A stretch of DNA of 64,000 bases from an uncultured Thermoleophilia bacterium (GTDB lineage: Bacteria; Actinomycetota; Thermoleophilia; UBA2241). Of this stretch, positions 10,101-19,058 are shown one piece after another. The stretch is from contig CAVXJO010000012.1 of assembly GCA_963762125.1 (NCBI GenBank), positions 26,392 through 90,391 of the forward strand. The letters run 5' to 3'. Under the pieces are notes generated by a model. It had not been told where the DNA came from, did no database searches, and saw only the letters and a list, made by a program, of their open reading frames with translations. The position numbers and the translations under genes were made by a program. How positions within the stretch are numbered: position 1 is the first letter of the stretch; the number at the start of each line of letters is the position of its first letter.

Positions 10101-10969
10101 CCGGCGCGTTCCAGCAGGGTGTCCTCGTCCTGCGCGTACTCCCAGATGACGCAGTAGCTCGCGCCGAAGGTGTGCACCACCTCGCGCGCCACCGCGTCGA
10201 GCACGTCCTGCAGGACCAGGCTGGAGGTGATGCTGCGGCCGGCGTGCAGCAGGGATTCCACGTGCGCCTGCTGCTCGGCGCGCAGGCGGTCCGTCTGCAA
10301 GCGGTGCACGGCGAGCGCAGCGAGGCCGCCGAAGTCGCGCGCCAGAGCCAGGTCGCCGGGCGTCAGGCGCCCGCAGCCGGGGCCGGTGAACAGCAGGCAG
10401 CCGTTGATCGTCGTTCCGAGGCCGAAGGGCACGGCGAGCCGCGCAGGTCCATGCACCGGCTCGCCGCTGGCGAGCATCTCGCGAGCCTCCGGCCATTGGT
10501 CGAGGGGCGGCGCCAGGTCGTCCGCGCCGGAGCGGCACACGAGCGCGCCGGCCGACGGGTCGTGCTCGTAGACGAGACACTCCGCCACGCCCAGGCATGC
10601 CTCGGCGCTGCGGGCGATGAGCTCGAGAGCGACGCGCGGATCGTCTGCGCCGGCGACTTCCCGGGCCAGCTGCGCGACGGTGGATCCTCGGTGTGCATCG
10701 TTCCCGTCGCGTCCCGCGCGTTCCGGCCGGCCACTCCCGCCGTTGCCCGGTGAAAAGCTGTCTTCGCGCCCCCGTACACAATCCTCGAGGAACCGGGCCA
10801 GGTCGCTGCGCAAGAACTGCCGCTGTCCGCTCGGGGAGCGGCGGCACGGCACCATCCCCGCGTCGGCCCAGCGCCGCAAGGTGTACTCGCTCACTTCCAA
10901 TATCTCGGCTGCCGCCGCCACACGGAGCCAGCGCCGATCACGCGAGCGGCGCTCCTCTTGCTCTCTCAT
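7115..10969 (-). CDS. multidomain c-di-GMP signalling protein: MerR/Xis-type HTH, about four GAF domains, HD-GYP, GAF, GGDEF (1284 aa)
   Basis: The N-terminus [47 protein letters not shown] is a MerR/excisionase-type HTH. The HD-GYP core is [18 protein letters not shown]...[10 protein letters not shown]...[20 protein letters not shown]. The C-terminal GGDEF is [10 protein letters not shown]...GGDEFGVLL with an RxxD I-site. Confidence 0.85.
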   Translation of the reverse strand: [1284 protein letters not shown]

Positions 10970-11092
10970 ACCGGCATTGTCGGCCGAATGGCCTCATTTC
11001 TATAGCATCTCTTTGCGACTTCGGGGCTCAGCGCCGGCGCGACAGCCAACGCGAGCGTCTAGGCGGACGACGCCCGGGGGAACAACCCCGGT

Positions 11093-11578
11093 ATGGCGTT
11101 CTCCCCTGAGGACATCTCCAGGCAGGCGACACGCAGACCAGCGCAGCCGGACCGCCGTCGCCGGCGGCGGCGGCTGATCGTGAAGGAGCGGCGCTCCGGC
11201 TTTGACCGGCGCCGTTCCTTCGGCAGTTCGCGGTTGGCCGCGGCGCTGGAGGCGCCGGCTCTCCGCCTGCGCGACCAGCCGGCGCTCCTCCCCGAGTTGC
11301 TGGTGCTGGTCAATCTCTTCAGCCTGGTCGACCTTCTGATCACCCTCCAGCTCCTGCGTCGGGGCGCCGTGGAGATCAATCCGATCATGGCGCACCTGTT
11401 TGAGTCCGGCGCCGGCCCCGCCGCCGTCGCCAAGATCGGCGTCGTGCTGGCCGCGACACTCGGCTTGTGGCTGCTGCGGCGCCATCGGGCCGCGCTCACG
11501 ACTGCCATCGCCCTGGTGGCGGTCTACGGATCGCTGATCGCGTACGAGCTGGTCGGGCTCGCCTGGACGATCATCTGA
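11093..11578 (+). CDS. small membrane protein with an Arg-rich cytoplasmic N-terminus (RRRRRRRLIVKERRSGFDRRRSF) and a C-terminal 3-TM domain; DUF5658-like is a tentative family assignment
   Basis: ORF 11093..11578, encoded divergently from the c-di-GMP megaprotein. The C-terminal part LLVLVNLFSLVDLLITLQLLRRGAVEINPIM...IALVAVYGSLIAYEL is hydrophobic. The family assignment is made from memory. Confidence 0.55.
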   Translation: MAFSPEDISRQATRRPAQPDRRRRRRRLIVKERRSGFDRRRSFGSSRLAAALEAPALRLRDQPALLPELLVLVNLFSLVDLLITLQLLRRGAVEINPIMAHLFESGAGPAAVAKIGVVLAATLGLWLLRRHRAALTTAIALVAVYGSLIAYELVGLAWTII

Positions 11579-11667
11579 CGCTCGCCGGCGCCGCTGCCCG
11601 AACACTCGTTCGCATCCGTCCGCCCCCGGTGCTAGCCTGCCGGCAGCCCATCCGAGGAGGACGTCTC

Positions 11668-13711
11668 ATGCTCGTCGAGCTCAACGCCGACCAACTCGCC
11701 GCCGCCCGGCACGGCGACGGGCCGCTGCTCATCGTCGCCGGCGCCGGCACCGGCAAGACGGCCACGCTCGTCCACCGCGTCGCCCGGCTCATCGAGCGCG
11801 GCGCCGACCCAAGGCGCATGTTGCTGCTCACGTTCACGCGCCGCGCCGCCGCCGAGATGCTGCGCCGGGTCGAGGCGGTCCTCGCGGCGCGCGGCCACAG
11901 CACGGGCGGCGCGTCCGAGCGCGTCTGGGGCGGCACCTTCCACGCCGCCGCCGCCCGCCTGCTGCGCATCCACGCCCGGGACATCGGCATGCAGCCGGAC
12001 TTCACCATCATGGACCGCGGTGACTCCGAGGACCTCATACACGTCGCGCGTACGCGCCTCGGTCTCGGCCGCGGCGGAGCGCGGTTCCCGCAGAAGTCCA
12101 CCTGCCTCGACGTCTACTCGCGCTGCGTCAACGCGCAGCTCCCGCTGAACGAGGTGCTGCACACAGCGTTCCCGTGGTGCCTGCCGGCCGAGGAGGGCCT
12201 GGCGCAGCTCTTCGCCGCGTACACGGACGCCAAGGAGGAGCAGCAGGTGCTGGACTACGACGACCTGCTCCTGTTCTGGCGCGGCCTGCTCGCCGACCCC
12301 GCCGGCGGCGCCCGCGTGCGCGAACGCTTCGACCACGTGCTCGTCGACGAGTACCAGGACACGAACGCGCTGCAGGCCGACATCGTCAGCCTGCTCAGGC
12401 CCGACGGCACCGGGGTCACCTGCGTCGGCGACGACGCCCAGGCGATCTACGGTTTCCGCGCCGCCACCGTGCGCAACATCCTCGACTTCGAGCAGCGCTT
12501 TCCCGGCGCCGACGTCGTCACGCTCACGCAGAACTACCGCAGCACCGCACCCATCCTGGCCGCCACCAACGCGATCATCGGCGAGGCGGCCGAGCGGCGC
12601 GACAAAGAGCTCTGGACCGACCGGGCCGACGGCGGGCGCCCGGTCCTCGCCACCTGCCGCGACGAGGACGAGCAGACGCAGTGGATCTGCGAGCGCATCC
12701 TCGCGCACCGCGAGCAGGGCACGCAGCTCAAGCAGCAGGCCGTGCTCTTCCGCGCCCAGCACCACTCCATGGCGCTCGAGATGGAGCTCTCCCGCCGTAA
12801 CATCCCCTTCCACAAGTACGGCGGCCTGCGCTTCGTCGAGATGGCGCACGTCAAGGACCTCGTGAGCTTCCTGCGTCTCGCCGAGAACCCCAAAGACGCG
12901 ATGGCAGGACTGCGCGTCCTCGGGCTCGTGCCGGGCATCGGGCCCAAGACGGCGGCGGCGCTGCTCGAGAGCCTCGGCGCCGCCGCCGGCGACTTCGCGG
13001 CGGCGTGGGCCGGCGCCCGCGTCCCCGAGCCGGCGCGCGCAGTCTGGCCGGCCGTCGTGGAGCTCTTCGCCACGCTCACGCGCCGCCGGCCCGTCCGACG
13101 TCCCGGCCCAGGTCCACGCCGTGCGCAGCGTCTACGGGCCGCTGCTCGAGCGCCGCTACGACAACGTGCAGGCGCGCCTGCGCGACCTCGAGCAGATCGA
13201 GGGGCTCGCGGCGCGTTCACAGACGCGCTCGCAGTTCCTCGCCGAGCTGGTGCTCGACCCGCCGTCGTACACGCAGGAGCTGGCCGGCCCTCCCCTCCTC
13301 GACGAGGACTACCTCATCCTCTCCACGATGCACTCGGCCAAGGGCCTCGAGTTCGACGTCGTCTACGTCATCCACGCCGCCGACGGCAACATCCCCTCGG
13401 ACATGGCCACGGGCAGCGCCGCCGAGATCGAGGAGGAGCGGCGGCTGCTCTACGTCGCCTGCACGCGCGCCCGCGAGCAGCTCTACGTCAGCCATCCGCT
13501 GCGCTACTACACGCAGCCGTGGGCCAAGGCCGACACGCATGGCTACGCGCAGCGCTCGCGGTTTCTCACGCACGCGGTGACGGCCCACTTCGAGCAGCTC
13601 CAGACGGGGCCTGAGAGGCCGGAGGAGCAAGAAGGGCCACTCGGCCGCGTCACCACCGCCTCCATCCGCGCCGGCGTGCGCTCGCTCTGGGAGGCGCCGG
13701 CAGAGGCCTGA
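11668..13711 (+). CDS. UvrD/PcrA-family ATP-dependent DNA helicase, interrupted by a +1 frameshift near 13085-13125
   Basis: Start MLVELNADQLAAARHGDGPLLIVAGAGTGKT (Walker A) preceded by a GAGGAGG RBS. Motifs DEYQDTN and TQNYRS are present. The C-terminal domain continues in ORF 13121..13711 (HSAKGLEFDVVYVI...LYVACTRAREQL). Confidence 0.85.
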
Positions 13712-13784
13712 CCGCCCGGCTGCGGCACTCGCAGAACGTAGAGGGGGCAGCGCCCTCTGGGACTGCAGCCCTCCCGGGCCGGGG

Positions 13785-14528
13785 CTACGTCTCGGCCTGC
13801 TCGAGGTCCGCGTCGCCGTCGCGGCGGAAGTCCCAGGTGAGGTAGTCCAGGCTCATCGGCAGGCCGAACTCCAGGGTCGAGATGAACTGCACGCCGACGT
13901 GCACGCTCAACGGCCGGCAGGAGAGCAGGTGACCTCCCTTGGTCCTGTCGGCCGACAGGAAGTGCAGATGCAGGCCCGGCACGCTCAGAGACCCCAGGAA
14001 CGATGGCGTGAAGAAGCCGGCCAGCGTGCCCTCCGCCTCCGCGAACGTGAACTCCGCCTGGTGCTTCGCCACCTCGACGAGCGGCAGGTAGTTCTCCTGG
14101 CGCGACACGGAGCGCACGCGCACATCCGCGAACCTGCCCTCCACGCGCAGCGCGTAGAAGAGGTTCTGCGACGGCAGCAAGCCGTCCAGCCAGGCGAGGA
14201 ACTGCTCGTAGCTCGAGGCGGAGCCGAGATCGCCGTAGCTCACCGGCGCGTAGAACGTCACGCAGGCGAAGGGTGATGCCGCCGGCTCCGTGACCTCGTG
14301 GACCCGACCGTCGCCGGCGATCTGATAGACGCGCCCATCCAGGATCACCATCTCGCCGTCGAGGCCGTCGAAGGTGCCGATGCCGAAATCCCCGTGCTCG
14401 AGGATCTTCGCGAGCGGCACTCTCTCCCTGTAGATGCCCTCGACGAGCGCGTTCACCGGCGCACAGAGGTAGATCGTGCTCGGTCGCAGAGATCCAGCCT
14501 GGATGTCGCGCTCGACCATGGCGCGCAT
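13785..14528 (-). CDS. budA: alpha-acetolactate decarboxylase
   Basis: ORF 13785..14774; probable start MRAMVERD. Contains STIYLCAPVNALVEGIYRERVPLAKILEHGDFGIGTFDGLDGEMVILDGRVYQ, the ALDC family signature. Confidence 0.8.
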   Translation of the reverse strand: MRAMVERDIQAGSLRPSTIYLCAPVNALVEGIYRERVPLAKILEHGDFGIGTFDGLDGEMVILDGRVYQIAGDGRVHEVTEPAASPFACVTFYAPVSYGDLGSASSYEQFLAWLDGLLPSQNLFYALRVEGRFADVRVRSVSRQENYLPLVEVAKHQAEFTFAEAEGTLAGFFTPSFLGSLSVPGLHLHFLSADRTKGGHLLSCRPLSVHVGVQFISTLEFGLPMSLDYLTWDFRRDGDADLEQAET

Positions 14529-14597
14529 CCTATCAGCGGCCGCGAGGAACCCGGCGTGCGGAACCCGGCGGGGCGAAGTGAGAGCCGACTGTATGAC

Positions 14598-14640
14598 TGA
14601 GTTTTCACTATCGGTCATATGGTCATATATTAGCATCATG
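14598..14640. promoter_or_regulatory. AT-rich divergent promoter/operator between budA and the TetR gene, containing the direct repeat GGTCATATGGTCATATA
   Basis: Local AT-rich island tgactgagttttcactatcggtcatatggtcatatattagc in a ~70% GC background, lying just upstream of the TetR start. Confidence 0.35.
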
Positions 14641-15282
14641 CCCCGCGCCTTCACCGATACCGAACGCGACACCATCCGCAGGCGACTGCACACCGCCGGC
14701 CAGGACCTCTTCGTGCGGCGAGGCATCCGCGCCACCACCATCGAGCAACTCGCTCGCGCATCCGGCATCTCCAAGGGTGCCTTCTACTTCTTCTATCCAT
14801 CCAAGGAGGCGCTCTTCTTCGCCATCGTCGAAGAGATCGAGACCACCATGCAGGCGCGACTCGAGGAGCAGGTCGCAGAGGCGCCGCACGACGCCGTCCG
14901 GCTCCTCCTCCGCGCCTCCTTGCAGGCTCGCGAGGAGAACCCCCTGTTCGACGTCGCCACCTCGGAGGAGGCGCTGGCCGTCATGCGCACCATGCGACCC
15001 GAGGAGCAGGAGGCGTTTCTGCGCCGCGACATCGAGATGACGCGATCCATCGCGGCGCGCCTCGCGGCCGCGGGCGTGACCGTGAAGGTCTCGCCGGAGG
15101 TCCTCGCCGGCCTCCTGCGTGCGATGGTGTTCGTCGGCATGCACCGCGACGACCTCGGCGCCGGCATGGCCCCCGCCGTCGAGGACTTCCTCGTCGACGC
15201 GCTCTCGGCCGCGCTCTCCGGCGGCGACGCTCGCCACGCCGGCCGCCATGCCGCGCAGTCGCGGGCAGGCGGCGCGTCATGA
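14635..15282 (+). CDS. TetR-family transcriptional regulator
   Basis: MPRAFTDTERDTIRRRLHTAGQDLFVRRGIRATTIEQLARASGISKGAFYFFYPSKEALF is a canonical TetR N-terminal HTH. Confidence 0.85.
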   Translation: MMPRAFTDTERDTIRRRLHTAGQDLFVRRGIRATTIEQLARASGISKGAFYFFYPSKEALFFAIVEEIETTMQARLEEQVAEAPHDAVRLLLRASLQAREENPLFDVATSEEALAVMRTMRPEEQEAFLRRDIEMTRSIAARLAAAGVTVKVSPEVLAGLLRAMVFVGMHRDDLGAGMAPAVEDFLVDALSAALSGGDARHAGRHAAQSRAGGAS

Positions 15283-16218
15283 CCGCCATGCCCGCCATCC
15301 AGACCTCCGGCCTGTCCCGCCGCTACCGTGACGTGCTCGCCGTCGACGGCCTCGACCTCACCGTCGAGCGCGGCGAGATCTACGGCTTCCTCGGCCTGAA
15401 CGGCGCCGGCAAGACGACCACCATCCGCATGCTGCTCGGCATGATCAGGCCTTCGGCCGGCCACGTGACCCTGTTGGGCACGCCGGTCCGGCGCGGCGGC
15501 CGCGGGCCGTGGGACCAGCGTCGGCTACCTCGTCGATGCGCCGGCGCCCTATCCCGGACTGTCCGTGCTCGAGAACCTGCGCTCGGCGGCGCGCCTGCGC
15601 GGCGTCTCCGACGCCGCCGTCTCGCGCGCCGTCGAGCGCATGGGCCTCAGCCAGTACGCGGACCGCAGGGCGCGCTCCCTCTCGCAGGGCAACCGCCAGC
15701 GGCTCGGACTCGCCATGGCGCTCTTCCACGAGCCGGAGCTCGTGATCCTCGACGAGCCGGCGAACGGCCTCGACCCGGCCGGCGTCGTCGAGGTCCGCGA
15801 CCTGCTGCGGACGCTGACTGCGGACCGTGGCGTCACCATCCTCATGTCCAGCCATATCCTCGCCGAGGTCGACCGTCTGGCGACGCGCATCGGCATCATC
15901 CACCGCGGGCGCCTGATCGAGGAGCTGAGCGCGGAGGAGATGGAGAGAAAGCGGGCTCTCCGTCTCGTCGTCGAGGCTCGTGACACGGCGGGCGCGCGCG
16001 CTCTTCTCGAGGCCGCGGGCTACGAGCCCCAGCCGGTCGACGGGCGGCAGTCGGGTGACGGGCGCGTGGTCATCACGCAGACCCGCGCCGTGCAGCGTCC
16101 GGACGAGGTGTCTGCGGCCCTGGTCGCCGGCGGGCACCCGCCCACCAGGCTCGCCGTCGAGCAGGAGGACCTCGAGGAGCACTTCCTCCGCCTGACCGCT
16201 CTCGAGGAGGCGTCATGA
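15279..16218 (+). CDS. ABC transporter ATP-binding protein, interrupted by a +1 frameshift near 15485-15560
   Basis: The N-terminus has GLNGAGKTT (Walker A). The remainder lies in ORF 15565..16218 with LSQGNRQRLGLAMAL (signature) and LILDEPANGLD (Walker B). The frames join at the ggcggccgcgggccgtggg run. Confidence 0.8.
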
Positions 16219-17003
16219 GCGGGTTCGTCGCGGCGCTCCGCGTGGAACTTCTCAAGGCGAGGCGCTCGGTCGCCCCGGCGCTGACGGCGATGGCCCTCGC
16301 AATCGCGCCACTGGTCGGCGGCCTCTTCATGTACATCCTCGCCGACCCGGAGCGCGCCCGCCGCATGGGCCTGATCGGCCAGAAGGCGCAGCTGGTCGGC
16401 GGTGGCTCCGACTGGCCGGCCTACTTCGCCTTTCTCGCCCAGGCCGCCACGGTGGGCGGTTTCGTGCTCTTCGCCTTCGTCATCGCCTGGGTCTTCGGCC
16501 GTGAGTTCTCGGACGGCACCGTCCGCTACCTGCTGGCGCTGCCCACCTCGAGAGCGGCGATCATCACCGCCAAGCTCGTCGTCGTCGCGCTGTGGTGCGC
16601 CGCGCTCACCGCCCTCATCACGCTTCTGGGACTCGCCGTCGGCGCGGCCCTCGGACTGCCGGCGTGGTCGACCGGCGCCCTGTGGCTGGGGCTGGAGCAC
16701 GTCTGGGGCGGCGCCGCGCTCACGTTCCTGATCGTGGTGCCGCTGGCGCTGCTCGCCGGCGTGGGCCGCGGCTACCTCGCGCCGCTCGGCTTCGCGATGC
16801 TGATGCTCATCCTCGCGCAGGTGATCGGCGCGACCGGCCGCGGCGACTGGTTCCCCTGGTCCATCCCCGCACTCTACGCGCAGGTCGCCGGCTCGGCCGG
16901 CGGGGGAGTCACGGCGATCAGCTTCGTCATCGTCGCCGTGACCGGCCTCGCCGGCGCTGCCGGCACGTTCGCGTGGTGGCTCTACGCCGACTTCCCCCGC
17001 TGA
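16215..17003 (+). CDS. ABC-2 type transporter permease
   Basis: A 262-aa polytopic membrane protein translationally coupled to the ABC ATPase. Confidence 0.7.
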   Translation: MSGFVAALRVELLKARRSVAPALTAMALAIAPLVGGLFMYILADPERARRMGLIGQKAQLVGGGSDWPAYFAFLAQAATVGGFVLFAFVIAWVFGREFSDGTVRYLLALPTSRAAIITAKLVVVALWCAALTALITLLGLAVGAALGLPAWSTGALWLGLEHVWGGAALTFLIVVPLALLAGVGRGYLAPLGFAMLMLILAQVIGATGRGDWFPWSIPALYAQVAGSAGGGVTAISFVIVAVTGLAGAAGTFAWWLYADFPR

Positions 17004-17107
17004 CCAGGCTCCCTCGCCGCCCGCGAGGCACCCTCGCGTGGACCGGCGGGCTTGAAGAAGCGCCGCTATGGGTAAGTCAGAACTAACCGTAAGCATCGAC
17101 TGACCGA

Positions 17108-17929
17108 GTGACTATGGATGCAGCCCCTCAAGACCCAGCCGCCGCGGCGCTGGCCGCCCTCGCCGATTCCACTCGTCGCGCCATCCTGACCGAGCTTCAG
17201 GCGGGTGAGCTGGCCGTCGGCGAGCTCGCCCTCAGGCTGCCGGTGACGCGCCCGGCGGTCTCGCAGCACCTCAAGGTACTCAGAGACGCCGGCCTGGTGA
17301 GCGAGCGCGTGGAGGGGACCCGGCACCTGTGCCGGCTGGAGCCGCTCGGTCTGAAGTCGCTGCGATCGTATGTGGAAGACCTGTGGGACGTCACGCTGGA
17401 TCGTTACGCCGTCGCCGCAGAGGCGGCGCGGGACCAAGGAGGAGATATGTCCCTCACAGACATCGCGCCGGTGGTCAAGACCATCGTCGTGCCGTTACCC
17501 CCCGATCGCGCCTTCGACCTCTTCTTCGAGAAGATCGCCGACTGGTGGCCGCTGGCCACGCACTCGGTCTTCGAGACTGCCGCCGCAGACGTGGCCGTGG
17601 AGTCGCGTGAGGGGGGACACATCGTGGAACAGGCCGCGGACGGACGCCGCTCCGAGTGGGGCGAGTTCATCGTCTGGGACCGGCCGCGGCGAGCCGTGTT
17701 CACGTGGCACCCCGGCTACGATGCCGCCTCGGCGACCGAGGTCGAGGTGCGCTTCAGCGCGGAGGGAGAGCTGACCAGGGTCGACCTGGAGCATCGCGGC
17801 TGGAGCGCGCTCGGCGATCGCGCCGAGGCGACCCGCGCCGGCTATGAGACCGGCTGGAACGACGTGTTCGCGGTCCGCTACGGCTCGGCGGCTCAGGGGG
17901 CGCTGCACAAGCCGCCCCGCGGCGCCTGA
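17108..17929 (+). CDS. ArsR/SmtB-family HTH regulator fused to an SRPBCC (AHSA1-like) domain
   Basis: The HTH reads ALADSTRRAILTELQAGELAVGELALRLPVTRPAVSQHLKVLRDAGLV. The C-terminal part matches the Activator-of-Hsp90-ATPase/SRPBCC fold. Confidence 0.8.
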   Translation: MTMDAAPQDPAAAALAALADSTRRAILTELQAGELAVGELALRLPVTRPAVSQHLKVLRDAGLVSERVEGTRHLCRLEPLGLKSLRSYVEDLWDVTLDRYAVAAEAARDQGGDMSLTDIAPVVKTIVVPLPPDRAFDLFFEKIADWWPLATHSVFETAAADVAVESREGGHIVEQAADGRRSEWGEFIVWDRPRRAVFTWHPGYDAASATEVEVRFSAEGELTRVDLEHRGWSALGDRAEATRAGYETGWNDVFAVRYGSAAQGALHKPPRGA

Positions 17930-18042
17930 CGCGCCCCCCTGCGTACGCGCGTGAGCCCGGCAGCCCCTCTGCGTTGCAGGACGGCTGCCGGGCTCACGCG
18001 CTCCGGTCGTGCGGATCGGCCTCGTTCTGGCTCAGCCTCTCA

Positions 18043-18378
18043 TCACTGGGTGGCGTGACAGCTCGAGGCTGTGCAGCCGGTGGCCGGACACGTGTAGGTC
18101 TGGCCGCCGCTCGAGCTGCCGGAGCCGGACTGGCCGTAGCCGTTCCCGTTGCCGTAGCCGTTCCCGTTGCCGTAGCCGCTCGAGTCGTCGCCGTAGCCGT
18201 ACGGGTCCGTGGTGGCCGCGCTCCCCGACTGCCCGGTCGTCGTCTGCGAGCTCACGGTCTGCGCACTGGCAGTGGACGTCCCGAACAGGCGGCCTCCGAG
18301 CTGGATCGCCGTGAACACCGCGAGCCCGGTGAACAGGGTGAGGACGAGGACTGCGGTCGTGTTCCTGAAGTGCTTCAT
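18043..18378 (-). CDS. small secreted Gly/Tyr-rich protein with a C-terminal Cys-rich tail
   Basis: A GAAGGAGAA RBS is followed by MKHFRNTTAVLVLTLFTGLAVFTAIQLG (signal peptide), then GYGNGNGYGNGNGYG repeats, then ...TCPATGCTASSCHATQ. The repeats are encoded by 18-bp tandem DNA repeats at about 18136-18180. Confidence 0.55.
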   Translation of the reverse strand: MKHFRNTTAVLVLTLFTGLAVFTAIQLGGRLFGTSTASAQTVSSQTTTGQSGSAATTDPYGYGDDSSGYGNGNGYGNGNGYGQSGSGSSSGGQTYTCPATGCTASSCHATQ

Positions 18379-18399
18379 CGTTCTCCTTCTGCGGTGAAG

Positions 18400-18963
18400 T
18401 CAGGGGCGAGAGCGGGCATCGGTGTGCACCGGTACGGTGGCGTACTGCTCGCCGCGCGGCGCCTTCTCGAGGCGCCGTGTCGCGAGGCGGATGGCGATGA
18501 TGGGATCGTCGGCGACGCTCCGGCGGGGGCGCCCGAGCTTGCCGGCCGTCTTCACGATCCAGCGCCAGTGCAGCGCGAAGTGGACCAGCAGCAGCAGCAT
18601 GGTCGCGTCGGCAGACCACCGGTGCGTGGTCACCCACAGCGACGTCGGCACGATCGTGATGCCCACCGCCTTCGCCACGTACTGCGAGATGAGCAGGCCG
18701 CTCAGCATCACCGTGACCGCGGCGACGAAGAGCGCTGCATCCACCACGATGTTGGCCTTGGGCGTCGCGCGCACGATCTCGGCGAACCGGCTCAGGATGC
18801 GGAGCGTCTGGTCCCAGTTGATGATGACGTGGAAGAGCAGCGGCACGACGGCGATCACGCACAGCCACTCGTGCACGGCGATCCGGGTCCAGGCGGGGTT
18901 GTAGCCGAGGAAGAGCACGCCGAACAGCGCGAGATCCAGCCAGAGGCGGGTTCGTGCGGTCAT
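18400..18963 (-). CDS. DUF4405-like (cytochrome b-type) membrane protein
   Basis: Probable start MTARTRLWLDLALFGVLFLGYNPAWTRIAVHEWLCV...; four predicted TM helices. The family assignment is from memory. Confidence 0.55.
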   Translation of the reverse strand: MTARTRLWLDLALFGVLFLGYNPAWTRIAVHEWLCVIAVVPLLFHVIINWDQTLRILSRFAEIVRATPKANIVVDAALFVAAVTVMLSGLLISQYVAKAVGITIVPTSLWVTTHRWSADATMLLLLVHFALHWRWIVKTAGKLGRPRRSVADDPIIAIRLATRRLEKAPRGEQYATVPVHTDARSRP

Positions 18964-19058
18964 CGACGTTCCTTTCGCGGGGGGAGTGCCTTCGGCGCCA
19001 GCCCGATCGCCGAGCCTCGACCACTGTAGGAGACGGATGTGAAGCGCACGTTGAGCGG

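Noticed and set aside
8006-10753. Plus-strand ORFs 8006..9460 and 9512..10753, and minus-strand ORF 7965..9410
   Set aside because: They are shadow ORFs within or opposite the 1284-aa GGDEF/HD-GYP gene. They have no domains and low-complexity products.
16020-17096. 358-aa minus-strand ORF
   Set aside because: It is antisense to the ABC ATPase and permease genes and encodes an Arg/Gly/Asp-rich nonsense product.
18136-18180. 18-bp tandem DNA repeats
   Set aside because: They are not a CRISPR or VNTR locus. They encode the GYGNGN repeats of the small secreted protein.
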